From the NCBI GenBank assembly GCA_048941285.1, contig JBHLNS010000034.1:1-37943 (forward strand): a DNA stretch of 37,943 nt. Reading direction: 5' to 3'. The stretch's first letter is position 1. Each line of letters begins with the position of its first letter. Below the pieces are notes generated by a model, which worked only from the letters and a program-made list of their open reading frames with translations, searched no databases and had not been told where the DNA came from. This stretch comes from Promethearchaeota archaeon (GTDB lineage Archaea > Asgardarchaeota > Lokiarchaeia > Sigyniarchaeales > SOKP01). This document shows positions 1 through 9,369 of the stretch, one piece after another. The position numbers and the translations under genes were made by a program.

Positions 1-198
1 CGCACTATCAAATTCAAATCTACCTCTTACAAATGAAGAGGCAAAACCACCTGGGACATTATGTTTTTCTAGTAACAATACTTTTTTTCCTACTGAAGTA
101 AGTTGACATGCCGCACCAAGGCCTCCAAGTCCAGCTCCAATAACAATAACAGGATAAGTATCTACTACTCTACTTTTATCATAAATACTATCATTCAT
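1..198 (-). CDS. FAD-dependent oxidoreductase, phytoene dehydrogenase/retinol saturase-like (N-terminal part; runs off the left edge)
   Basis: Manual translation from ATG at 198: MNDSIYDKSRVVDTYPVIVIGAGLGGLGAACQLTSVGKKVLLLEKHNVPGGFASSFVRGRFEFDSA. Contains a Rossmann GxGxxG and the EKHNxPGG..F.R..FEFD motif of COG1233-like proteins. Not in the ORF track. Confidence 0.85.
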   Translation of the reverse strand, partial: MNDSIYDKSRVVDTYPVIVIGAGLGGLGAACQLTSVGKKVLLLEKHNVPGGFASSFVRGRFEFDSA

Positions 199-306
199 AA
201 AAAATAATTCTATTGGATAACTTTTAAAACTATAGATTTTAAACTATATTTTTAATAAATAAGAAAAAAGTAAAGAGAAATTTTTCATCTTCGTTAATAA
301 TCTTAT

Positions 307-1122
307 TTAACGTCCTATAAATACAGGATCTCTCTTTTCTTTAACTGCTTTCATAAATTCATTGAAATCTTTTGAAGCAAATGTTTTTCTTAATCCTCTA
401 TTTTCTAAATCTAAGGTTCTTTCTAATATATCTCTAAAATATGCATGCATGGTCTTTTTTATCAATTTTAATGATAAAGTGGCACCTTTAGGTGGTATTA
501 GTTTTAAGGCTTGTTCTTTCGTATATGGTATTAAATCTTCTGGTGGTAGAACTTTATTCACAAGATTAAGTTCAAGTGCTTTCTGTGCAGTTATTTTTTC
601 ACCAAAATAAATTATTTCTTTTGCTTTTTGAAAACCGACAAGTAAAGGTAAAAGAAATGAACAAGCGAATTCAGGGATAATCCCATTTCTTGAGAAGAAA
701 AATCCTAACCATGCATCTTCTGACATGTAAATTAAATCAGCACATGCTAAAGGCATTGTAATACCTCCTCCAATAGCCATTCCATTAATGGCAGCTAAAA
801 CTGGTTTAGTAAAGTTCCAAAATTTCATGCATACCTTTTTTTGGGCAATATCCATAAGATCGATTTCAGGATATTTTTTCATTTTTTCCATCATTTCTGG
901 TTTAAAATAACCTCCAGAAGTGAAAGCATTACCTTTAGGATCTCCCGTGATAATAAGTACTTTAGAACTTCTGTCTTTTTCCATATCTTCTAAAACATAA
1001 AATAATTCCAAGAAACTTATGTAAGTTACAGCATTTCTTGCATCCGGTCTCGAAATGGTGGCAGTACATATACCATTATCTTCCTTTTCATAAATAATAT
1101 CTTCAAAATCTTGTATTTGCAT
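307..1122 (-). CDS. Enoyl-CoA hydratase/isomerase (crotonase) family; resembles delta3,delta2-enoyl-CoA isomerase types
   Basis: Motifs RPDARNA, KPVLAAINGMAIGGG and FSRNGIIPEFACS. Lacks the two canonical hydratase Glu but has the later PE Glu seen in ECI2-like isomerases. Confidence 0.9.
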   Translation of the reverse strand: MQIQDFEDIIYEKEDNGICTATISRPDARNAVTYISFLELFYVLEDMEKDRSSKVLIITGDPKGNAFTSGGYFKPEMMEKMKKYPEIDLMDIAQKKVCMKFWNFTKPVLAAINGMAIGGGITMPLACADLIYMSEDAWLGFFFSRNGIIPEFACSFLLPLLVGFQKAKEIIYFGEKITAQKALELNLVNKVLPPEDLIPYTKEQALKLIPPKGATLSLKLIKKTMHAYFRDILERTLDLENRGLRKTFASKDFNEFMKAVKEKRDPVFIGR

Positions 1123-1240
1123 AATTGAAGTTAAATTTTATTTTTAATATGAATAATCTAACGATTATTGAATATTTATACTTAAGCCTACAGCCAATTT
1201 AAAGAAATTAGATAAAAAAAATGTTTAATTAATAATATTA

Positions 1241-2959
1241 TTATTTTTTTTCTTCTCGAAGTGCTTTTTTCAATACTTTACCCACCATAGTTAAAGGAAG
1301 TTCTTCCCGGAAATCCCAGATCTTAGGAACTTCATATTTTGAAAGATTTTCTTCAGCGTATTTTTTAATGCTATCTTTAACTTCTTCGGTTGCTTCAACT
1401 CCTTCTTTAAGCTGAATAACAGCCTTTACAATTTCTGCTCCAGGTCTATCAGGATTAGGTACTCCTATTATAGCGAGAATTTGAATATCAGGATGTTTTG
1501 TCATTACTTCTTCAACATGAACACTGTATACCTTAAAACCACTTACTATAAGCATATCTTTTGTACGGTCTACAATCTTTAAATAGCCATCTTCATCGAA
1601 AACACCAACATCGCCTGTGTGAACATAACCATCTTTGTCAAATGTTGCAGCTGTTGCTTCAGGCTTATTATGATATTGTTTAGCAACTGTAGGACCTTTT
1701 ATCAAAATTTCACCTGGTTGTCCGATCTCTTTTATTTCAGCTCCAGATTCTGTATCTATTAGTTTAATCACTGTATCTGGCCAAGGCAATCCAACAGTTC
1801 CAATTTTTTTCTTACCGTACATTGGATTCGCAGTTATAACAACTGCAGTTTCAGTCATTCCATAAACTTCGACAAATTTGTTTTCCGTATGGAATTGTTT
1901 TTCAAATTCTTTTATTGCCTCTGGTGGAAAGGGTGCCGCACCGCTTACATACACAGAAATATTATCTAATACATCTGATGGGATTTTTTTTGACATTGGA
2001 TTATTTTGAATCATTAGAAACAGAGTTGGGACGTTACCAAAACTACTTGGTTTTTTATCAATTATTTCCTTTATTATATGGTCAGTATCTCTAGGGTTTG
2101 CTATTAAGATTTGTGCTCCTCCTAAATAATTTAAAAAAAGTCCTATAAGGAATCCCGCAACATGAAAAAAGGGAAAAGCGGAGAGAAGTATTTCTTTACC
2201 TTTCTCTCTATTTAGCCAGACATCAAATTGATGAATATTTGCCATTAAATTAGTGTGGAGAATTTCTACACCTTTAGGAAGGCCTGTAGTGCCTCCAGTA
2301 TATTGTATTAAGGCAATATCTTTTTTAGGGTCAATATTGACTTTCTTCAAGTCAATTTCAGTGTCTAATGCTTCTAGAAATGGCATAACAGTTTTCCCTG
2401 GCCAAGGGATAATCTTGCCCTTTGGGATTTTCTTTATTAATTTTCCCATAAATACTTTAAATCCCCCAAAACCCATAAATTCAGAAATATTTGTTGGTAT
2501 TATTACTTTCAAATCATTTAAGCGATCATAAATTTTCGAAAAAACTTTTTCATGAAGTATATCCATAGTAATTAAAAACTTTGCTCCTGAATCTTTCATC
2601 TGATACACCATTTCTTCAGGGCTCAACAATGGGGATAATCCTGTGACAGCTCCCCCTGCTATATATGTAGCATATACAGAAAACAGGTATTGAGGGGAAT
2701 TAGGTAGACAGATTGCAAGTACATCTCCCTTAGTTAACCCATTTTTCTGTAGACATGTTGCTAATTTTTGAGAATATTCTAATATCTCCTTGAATAGGAA
2801 TGTGCGGTCCATAAAATAAAAACCAACTTTATCAGCATATTTAGTCATACTTTGAGTTAGCATAGTTCCTAAATCTTCAGTTGGATAGGTTAAAGTATGA
2901 GGTACATGTTTATCATAGGATTTTAACCAAAAATTTTCATTGATCATTTGTTGACTCAT
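1241..2959 (-). CDS. Long-chain fatty-acid--CoA ligase (AMP-binding, FadD-like)
   Basis: P-loop YTGGTTGLPKG, plus YGMTE, TGD, DRTKD and the GKVLK A10 lysine. Confidence 0.93.
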   Translation of the reverse strand: MSQQMINENFWLKSYDKHVPHTLTYPTEDLGTMLTQSMTKYADKVGFYFMDRTFLFKEILEYSQKLATCLQKNGLTKGDVLAICLPNSPQYLFSVYATYIAGGAVTGLSPLLSPEEMVYQMKDSGAKFLITMDILHEKVFSKIYDRLNDLKVIIPTNISEFMGFGGFKVFMGKLIKKIPKGKIIPWPGKTVMPFLEALDTEIDLKKVNIDPKKDIALIQYTGGTTGLPKGVEILHTNLMANIHQFDVWLNREKGKEILLSAFPFFHVAGFLIGLFLNYLGGAQILIANPRDTDHIIKEIIDKKPSSFGNVPTLFLMIQNNPMSKKIPSDVLDNISVYVSGAAPFPPEAIKEFEKQFHTENKFVEVYGMTETAVVITANPMYGKKKIGTVGLPWPDTVIKLIDTESGAEIKEIGQPGEILIKGPTVAKQYHNKPEATAATFDKDGYVHTGDVGVFDEDGYLKIVDRTKDMLIVSGFKVYSVHVEEVMTKHPDIQILAIIGVPNPDRPGAEIVKAVIQLKEGVEATEEVKDSIKKYAEENLSKYEVPKIWDFREELPLTMVGKVLKKALREEKK

Positions 2960-3182
2960 CTATTTTAATACTTTTTAGATGTTTTTTACATTAAAATTAA
3001 GTGATTAATTATTTACTATCTTCGCGAAAGCTTATAAAAATTGACATTTTTTTTGTGAGAATTAATGATTTGTGTCTCTTTTTTGAATTAAAATGAAAGT
3101 TTGTTAACTCTTTGGTTGAATTTGCATTTTTATTAATGTAAAACTGATTTAATAATGATTTTTAAAAAAAAAGAAGATATAT

Positions 3183-4472
3183 TTAAAGTAATTTAAATAA
3201 TTGCCTTAATGTTAAACTCATAATATATTGCTGAATTTGTCTAGTCCCGCCACCTATTTCTTGTATTCTAGTTACTCCTAATAAGTCGTGCATTAAAGTA
3301 TTATCACAAACACCTGCACCACCCATTAGATTAGCACATTCGTATGCTGCTTTCTGACTTAATTTGGCACTTATAGATTTTAATTGAGCTGCTGTGGCTG
3401 CTAAGGCTAAGCTAAATTCTTTTGGCAGGGTTCCAAACTGTTCAACTTTTTTATCAATCATTTGGCATACGTTTAATGCTGATAAAGTGAGATTCATAGT
3501 TTCAGCCCATAAATCTGATAAGGGAAATCCAACTCCTTGATATTTTAAAATTTCTTGATCAAATTGCTTCCTCATATTCGCATATATAACTGCATGAGAA
3601 ACTGCATTCCAAGCTTCAGATGCATTAAGAAGTACAATTCCTAGCCGTTCAATATTCAATCCTTCAAATAGGTATTCTCTCCCTTGTCCTGGTTTACCTA
3701 AAACATATTCTGGTGGGATTTTTAAATTTGTAAAAGTTTCTTTACCTAAGAAAATCCTAGGTGTCCACGGAATATTAATCCTCTCCACATTCCAACCTTC
3801 CCAAGAGGTATCAACTAAAAATTGACCCATTGTGTTTCCATTATTTTTTTCACTAACAGCATAAATTATTGCCCAATCTGCTTTTGGTCCATTTGTCTGG
3901 TAAATTTTTTCTCCATTCACAATAAAGCTTCCATCTTCTTGTTGATCGCAAGTTGTAAGCATATGAACTGCATCAGAACCTCTTTCAGGCTCTGTGATAC
4001 AAATACACCCATTTTTTTGCCCCGTTACTAATTCTTTTAGTGCTTTTAAGCGAATGTCAATATCTTCATTATGTACAAGTAAAGGATTAATTGCTAAAAC
4101 ATTCGCACCCATCCCCATACAAAGTTGAGGATCAAAAAAATCACAAGCTAAAGTTCTCATAAATTCTGTAGTCATTCCGTGCGGCTCATAATTCAAATTA
4201 AGAAATTCAAATTTATGTAACCTCGTAATTAAACCTTCTTTACCAATCTCAGGTATCCAATCATAAAAATCTTCATTATGAGTTATATTATTGTTTTTTT
4301 CAAACCCAATAAAAAATTTTTGAGCTTTTTTAAGAAAATCAAGTTGTTCTTTCGGTAAATAAGACATCAAGTTAAAATTCAAAAATTTGTAACGATTCTT
4401 CAAAGAAAGTTTTTCAAGGATTTCATCATTAACGCATTGAACTTGTCCTTTTTTATTATCCAATCCAATCAA
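3183..4472 (-). CDS. Acyl-CoA dehydrogenase with IVD/LCAD-type catalytic Glu placement
   Basis: Motifs ITEPERGSD, NGEKIYQTNG, GLNIERL, RKQFDQEI, MGGAG and EIGGGT. The start may be the TTG at 4463, 9 nt after AGGAG. Confidence 0.92.
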   Translation of the reverse strand: MIGLDNKKGQVQCVNDEILEKLSLKNRYKFLNFNLMSYLPKEQLDFLKKAQKFFIGFEKNNNITHNEDFYDWIPEIGKEGLITRLHKFEFLNLNYEPHGMTTEFMRTLACDFFDPQLCMGMGANVLAINPLLVHNEDIDIRLKALKELVTGQKNGCICITEPERGSDAVHMLTTCDQQEDGSFIVNGEKIYQTNGPKADWAIIYAVSEKNNGNTMGQFLVDTSWEGWNVERINIPWTPRIFLGKETFTNLKIPPEYVLGKPGQGREYLFEGLNIERLGIVLLNASEAWNAVSHAVIYANMRKQFDQEILKYQGVGFPLSDLWAETMNLTLSALNVCQMIDKKVEQFGTLPKEFSLALAATAAQLKSISAKLSQKAAYECANLMGGAGVCDNTLMHDLLGVTRIQEIGGGTRQIQQYIMSLTLRQLFKLL

Positions 4473-4708
4473 CTCCTAAAATTTAAATTTATTCTTAAAA
4501 TGGTAATGTTGAATTTTTTAAATATTCTTAGAAAAAAAAAGGTTATTTATATAGGAAACCTAGTTTAGAAATTTTTACTCAAACCAAATATGGATAAAAT
4601 AAATTCACTGATGTGTCAGAAATAAAGAGAATTACATGTTTTCAAAATTATTTAAATGTTTAAATCATAATAATAATCATATTAAAATTAATATAAAAGA
4701 AAATTAAG

Positions 4709-5173
4709 ATGAGTGAAGAGAAAATAGTTGTTGCGAATAAGGGGCTGATAAGGGCAGAATTTGCATTTTGGGTGGGTCAATATATGGATAGATTCTATGA
4801 TGCTCTTGAAAATAAGAAAATTATTGGAAATAGATGCCCCAAGTGCGGAGATGTCTTTGTTCCACCAAGAAAAATATGTGGAAAGTGTAATGTAACGATT
4901 CCTTTAGATCAAAACTGGGTAGATTTACCAGATTCAGGAATACTTAAAAATTATACAATTACATACTACAAAATAAATGATAGATCAAGTCGAAAGGTCA
5001 AGAAACCTCAAATTATAGGGATGGTGCAAATAGATGGGAGCAATACAGTAATAATCTATCGGTTATTGGATATTGAACCAGAAGAAGTGACCATGGGAAT
5101 GAAAGTGAAGATCCTATGGGAAGAAAAAACTAAGGGAGACCCTTCTGATATAAAGGGTTTCATTAGAGTATAG
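4709..5173 (+). CDS. DUF35 family Zn-ribbon/OB-fold acyl-CoA-binding protein
   Basis: CPKCG...PPRKICGKC zinc ribbon followed by an OB fold ending MGMKVKILW; adjacent to thiolase-fold genes. Confidence 0.92.
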   Translation: MSEEKIVVANKGLIRAEFAFWVGQYMDRFYDALENKKIIGNRCPKCGDVFVPPRKICGKCNVTIPLDQNWVDLPDSGILKNYTITYYKINDRSSRKVKKPQIIGMVQIDGSNTVIIYRLLDIEPEEVTMGMKVKILWEEKTKGDPSDIKGFIRV

Positions 5174-5188
5174 GGGGTGAAAAACGAG

Positions 5189-6331
5189 ATGCAAAAAGTA
5201 GCAATAGTAGGATATAATCAAGTTAAATTATATTCTGATGCAAATTATGGAAGATATGAAATGGTATTTGAAGCTGTAAGAGGAGCTTTAGATAGTGCTG
5301 GGTTAAAAAAGAAAGATATAACAACAGTCATTTCTGCTACAAATGATTACTATGATGGAAGGACTATCTCAAATTCATTAACTGTAGAACCAGGAGGAGG
5401 TTATCTTGTAGATGAATCAAAAGTAGAAATGGATGGAGCACATGCCGTTTTATACGGATTAATGCGTATTTTATCAGGAAATCATAAACTAGCAGTTGTA
5501 TGGGGCGGAAGTATGGTATCTTCTTTTCCTTATCATTCTACTCGTTTATATGAAACGGATCCAACATGGGAACGACCAAATACGTATGTTAATGATGTTA
5601 CATCTGCTGGTTTTCAAATGAGAGCATACATGGAAAAATATGGAGTATCCACTGAAGAGATAGCAGAAGTAGCTGTAAAAAACAGAAAAAATGCTGCTAA
5701 AAACCCTTTAGCATTAGAAGAATCACAAAATCCTAATATAACTGTAAATGAAGTATTAGAATCTGAGTTATATTCTGATCCAGTAACAGATTTAATGGTA
5801 GCTCAACCCTGTGATGGTATGGCTGCGCTATTACTAGCTCCTGAAAAACAAGCAAAAAAAATTACTGACAATCCTGTTTGGATTACTGGTGTAGGTTTTA
5901 ATCAAGAAACTTATTATCTAGGTGATCGAGATTTAACTACAAGTAGCTCTATGGATTTGGCTAGTAAAATGGCGTTTAAAGCTGCTGGAATAAAGGATCC
6001 AAAAAATCAAATTGATTTAGCTGAATTATTTGAAGCATTTGCACATGAAGAACTAATTTTTACTGAAGCCTTAGGATTTGCTGAGAAAGGTAAAGGTTCT
6101 GAGTTAAACACAGAAATTAAAGGAGATTTCCCTATTAATCCTTCTGGAGGGGCTTTAGGAGGAAATCCACCGTGTGCTACAGGTTTAATAAGGATTATCG
6201 AAGCTGCCAAACAATTAAAAGGGGAAGCAAAAGCATATCAAATTAAAGATGCGAAAAGAGCGATTGCTTCAGGTCAAATTGGAATGTGCGCTCAGAATAA
6301 TATATTATATGTATTGGAGGGAGCTGAATAA
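5189..6331 (+). CDS. Thiolase-fold protein lacking the catalytic Cys; Ltp4-like aldolase subunit
   Basis: Motifs NDYYDGRTIS, ESKVEMDGAHA, ELFEAFAHEE, NPSGGALGGNP and AQNN match my recollection of mycobacterial Ltp4. ATG at 5189 follows SD GGGGTGA; the ORF track starts at GTG 5177. Confidence 0.85.
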   Translation: MQKVAIVGYNQVKLYSDANYGRYEMVFEAVRGALDSAGLKKKDITTVISATNDYYDGRTISNSLTVEPGGGYLVDESKVEMDGAHAVLYGLMRILSGNHKLAVVWGGSMVSSFPYHSTRLYETDPTWERPNTYVNDVTSAGFQMRAYMEKYGVSTEEIAEVAVKNRKNAAKNPLALEESQNPNITVNEVLESELYSDPVTDLMVAQPCDGMAALLLAPEKQAKKITDNPVWITGVGFNQETYYLGDRDLTTSSSMDLASKMAFKAAGIKDPKNQIDLAELFEAFAHEELIFTEALGFAEKGKGSELNTEIKGDFPINPSGGALGGNPPCATGLIRIIEAAKQLKGEAKAYQIKDAKRAIASGQIGMCAQNNILYVLEGAE

Positions 6332-6333
6332 AA

Positions 6334-7581
6334 ATGGGAAGACAAGTATGTATAGCAAGCGCAGGTTTTAGTGAACATGCCTCAAAGCGCTCTGATGTAA
6401 GCATGCCAGAATTGATAAGCGAAGCAATCGAAGATTGTTTAAAAAAAGTACCTAGTATTGAAATAAATGATATTGATGCGTTTGTGAATGGAAATATGCC
6501 CGCATTTGAAGGATCAAACATTCCAGAATTATGGATGACTGATTGGATGGGAGCTAGGAATAAACCTTTAATGAGAGTAACAACAGGAGGCACTACAGGA
6601 GGATCTGTAGCTATAGCGGGATATTATACTGTCACTGCAGAGTTACAAGGCATTGATACAGTATTAGCAATTGCTTTTGAACAACAAAGCCAAGGTGACA
6701 CAGCTACAGGACTTGCTAGTGTTGGATATGGCGAAATTTCAGTATTAAACTCATTAGGAATTCCTTATGAACAGCTAACACTCCTTTTATCTGGTGGAGC
6801 TGCGATAGGAATTGCCTCTTATCAAGCGGTAAATTACATGCGAAAAAGTAAAATAACCGAAGAAGATTTAGCTAGAGTTGTAGTTCAGAATAGACACAAT
6901 GCCGCAAAAACATGGTGGGCTCACCTTAAGATGCCTGACCTTACAATTGAAGAAGTGCTTGATACTCCTTATATTTCATATCCTTTAAGATATGGAATGG
7001 TTTGCCCTGCCTCCGATGGAGCGTGTGCGATATTGTTTACAACTGAGGAGAAAGCTAAAGATCTGTGTGATATTCCTGTATATGTTAATGGTGTAGGCAG
7101 TGTTGCAAATGAAACTGCTCTTATTGGCTATGATGGCAGTGGTTCAGCACAATTAGATCTTTCTGAGCAACTTGGAGCTCAAATAACTTCTGATTTGGCA
7201 TTTAAACAAGCAGGTATTTCTTTTCCAAGGAAGGAAATAGATTATGCCGAAGTATACGCCCCATTTCCTAATCAAGAACTTATGTGGGTTGAAAAATTGG
7301 GTCTATTCGAGGAAAATACAGCTTCAGAAATGTATGAAACCGGAGTAACAGCCTTAAATGGTGAATTACCAATATGTTGCTCTGGAGGTGTTAATTCCAC
7401 TAATGCGATAGGAGCATCAGCAATGGAAAGACCCGCAGTTGCTGCCTTGCAGATAATGGGAAAGGCTAGTAATCAAGTTCCAAAGACTGTACATACATCA
7501 CTAGGGCATGGTTGGGGTGGATATGTTAATTTTGTTACCATGATGGTAATGGCTGATGAACCAGCTAGAAAACTTAAATAA
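6334..7581 (+). CDS. Thiolase-fold protein lacking the catalytic Cys; Ltp3-like aldolase subunit
   Basis: Motifs KRSDVSMPELISEAI, FEGSNIPELWMTDWMGARNKPLMRVTTGG, AFEQQS, CPASDGA, AEVYAPF, NAIGAS and GHGWGG. Closely resembles Ltp3 as recalled. SD GGAGG upstream. Confidence 0.87.
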   Translation: MGRQVCIASAGFSEHASKRSDVSMPELISEAIEDCLKKVPSIEINDIDAFVNGNMPAFEGSNIPELWMTDWMGARNKPLMRVTTGGTTGGSVAIAGYYTVTAELQGIDTVLAIAFEQQSQGDTATGLASVGYGEISVLNSLGIPYEQLTLLLSGGAAIGIASYQAVNYMRKSKITEEDLARVVVQNRHNAAKTWWAHLKMPDLTIEEVLDTPYISYPLRYGMVCPASDGACAILFTTEEKAKDLCDIPVYVNGVGSVANETALIGYDGSGSAQLDLSEQLGAQITSDLAFKQAGISFPRKEIDYAEVYAPFPNQELMWVEKLGLFEENTASEMYETGVTALNGELPICCSGGVNSTNAIGASAMERPAVAALQIMGKASNQVPKTVHTSLGHGWGGYVNFVTMMVMADEPARKLK

Positions 7582-7600
7582 AAAATGGAGGTAATGTAAA

Positions 7601-8131
7601 ATGTCTAAAAGAACGTTAAGAAAGTCAATGGAATATATTAAAAAGGATTATGTAAGGACGCGAACAATGCCAGCAAATTGGTATTTATCTAATTATAACT
7701 ACAAATTTAATATTACTCACATGAAACCCTTCCTAGAAAAATTAAAACAAAAAAAACTAGTAGGACTCCAATGTTCAAGCTGTAATAGAATATTTTTTCC
7801 TCCTAGACTTGTATGTGGTAAATGTATGGTTAAACCTGATCGCTGGGTTGATTTACGTGAAACAGGGAAAGTTGCTTCATATACTATTACTTATTTAAAG
7901 GATCCCGAAACTGGAGAAGTTTTGGAACGTCCAATAGTTTGTGCTCAATTAGATGGAGCAGATACATCATATCCAGCACAATTAGCTCCTAATGTTGAAT
8001 TTAAAGATGCTTACATAGGAATGCCAATAAGAGTGCACTGGGCAGAAAAAATACAGGGGGGATTGATGGACATTGAATATTATGATCCAATTGAAGATGA
8101 TGCCAAAGATTTAGGGTTAAGGAAGGATTAA
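7601..8131 (+). CDS. DUF35 family Zn-ribbon/OB-fold protein
   Basis: CSSCN..FFPPRLVCGKC, QLDGADT and IGMPIRVHW; SD GGAGGT upstream. Confidence 0.92.
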   Translation: MSKRTLRKSMEYIKKDYVRTRTMPANWYLSNYNYKFNITHMKPFLEKLKQKKLVGLQCSSCNRIFFPPRLVCGKCMVKPDRWVDLRETGKVASYTITYLKDPETGEVLERPIVCAQLDGADTSYPAQLAPNVEFKDAYIGMPIRVHWAEKIQGGLMDIEYYDPIEDDAKDLGLRKD

Positions 8132-8133
8132 AA

Positions 8134-8153
8134 TTTTTTTTTTTTCTTTATTT
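8134..8153 (+). terminator. Oligo-T archaeal terminator of the DUF35-thiolase operon
   Basis: T12 run (8134-8145) immediately after the stop codon, in a convergent intergenic gap. Confidence 0.5.
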
Positions 8154-8187
8154 AAAAATATAGGAAAAACAAAAATTTAGTTTTATT

Positions 8188-9255
8188 TCATTTATTATTT
8201 AATAATTTACCCAGAGTATCACCTATTTTTTGCACAGAAAACTGAATATCATCTTCATTTATACCATAATGAGTTACAAATCTAATTTTTTCTTTACTAA
8301 TATTGAAAGATAATATACCTTCTTTTCCAAGCTGATTTACTATTTTAAATATCCGAGTTTTTTGAAGAAGTTCAATAATAACAATATTGGTCTCTGGTTT
8401 ATTTATTTTTATTGGTAAATCGTAAGATTGAATACCTTCAGCAAGTAACTTAGCGTTTTTATGATCCTCCGCAAGTCTATTAATCCAATTTGTTTCAAGA
8501 GCAATTAATCCAAAAGATGCAACTATCCCAGCTTGCCGCATTCCCCCGCCAAGCATTTTCCGATATTTTCTAGCTGCGGTAATGAATTCTTTTGAACCCG
8601 CAACAATTGAACCAACAGGGCATGATAAACCTTTCGATAAACAAAACATGATACTATCGACATGTTTAGTGAATTCTGTAACAGAAATTCCAAGACTAAC
8701 TGCTGCATTGAATATCCTGGCTCCATCCAAGTGTAATTTTAAATTATTGTTGTCTGAGAAATTTCTCATGTCTTTAAATTTTACGGGGGGTATAATAACT
8801 CCTCCATGGTAATTATGAGTATTTTCTACAGAAAATAGGGTTGTAAATGGCTCATGGATATCCTCCTTATCACGAATAAATGATTGAAGTTGACCAAATG
8901 AGGGAATACCATTATTTGAGGGGTAAGTTCTTATCATTAATCCTCCAATTCGAGCTGCACTCCCTACTTCGTTTTTGTAAATGTGACTTAATTCTTCTAA
9001 AAGAATTTCATCACCAGGCTTAGTTTGAGAAAGAAGTGCCACTAAATTGCCTTGTGTTCCAGAAGTCACAAATAATGCTGCTTCCTTGCCAATAATTCTA
9101 GCTGCTTTTTCTTCCAATTCATTTACAGTTGGATCTTCCCCTTCGACATCATCTCCGAGATCAGAATTTTTTAATAACCTAAGCATTTCCCACATTTCTG
9201 GGCTTGGTTTAGTTACTGTATCAGAACGTAAATCAATGATCCTCAATTTCATCAT
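8188..9255 (-). CDS. ltaE: Low-specificity L-threonine aldolase (PLP-dependent)
   Basis: Motifs IDLRSDTVT, SGTQGN, ENTHN, HLDGARIFNA, CLSKGL (PLP Lys) and GGGMRQAG. Confidence 0.93.
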   Translation of the reverse strand: MMKLRIIDLRSDTVTKPSPEMWEMLRLLKNSDLGDDVEGEDPTVNELEEKAARIIGKEAALFVTSGTQGNLVALLSQTKPGDEILLEELSHIYKNEVGSAARIGGLMIRTYPSNNGIPSFGQLQSFIRDKEDIHEPFTTLFSVENTHNYHGGVIIPPVKFKDMRNFSDNNNLKLHLDGARIFNAAVSLGISVTEFTKHVDSIMFCLSKGLSCPVGSIVAGSKEFITAARKYRKMLGGGMRQAGIVASFGLIALETNWINRLAEDHKNAKLLAEGIQSYDLPIKINKPETNIVIIELLQKTRIFKIVNQLGKEGILSFNISKEKIRFVTHYGINEDDIQFSVQKIGDTLGKLLNNK

Positions 9256-9369
9256 GTATTTAATGATTTGTTAAATCTCAATAATGTTTCATTAAATTAA
9301 ATACACATGATAATAAAAATTAAATTAAAATAAAGGAAGAACAGGGATTATTAAAAATACATGGAAAAG

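Noticed and set aside
223-248. Imperfect palindrome TTTAAAACTATAGATTTTAAA and repeated TTTAAA(A)CTATA upstream of the FAD oxidoreductase
   Set aside because: Almost entirely A/T and overlaps a likely TATA region; no second copy was seen to support an operator.
4608-4619. Palindrome CTGATGTGTCAG about 90-100 nt upstream of the first DUF35 operon, with a loosely similar TGAT...TGTCA at 19204-19216 upstream of the second
   Set aside because: Half-site spacing differs by 3 nt between the two sites; too short to call a shared operator.
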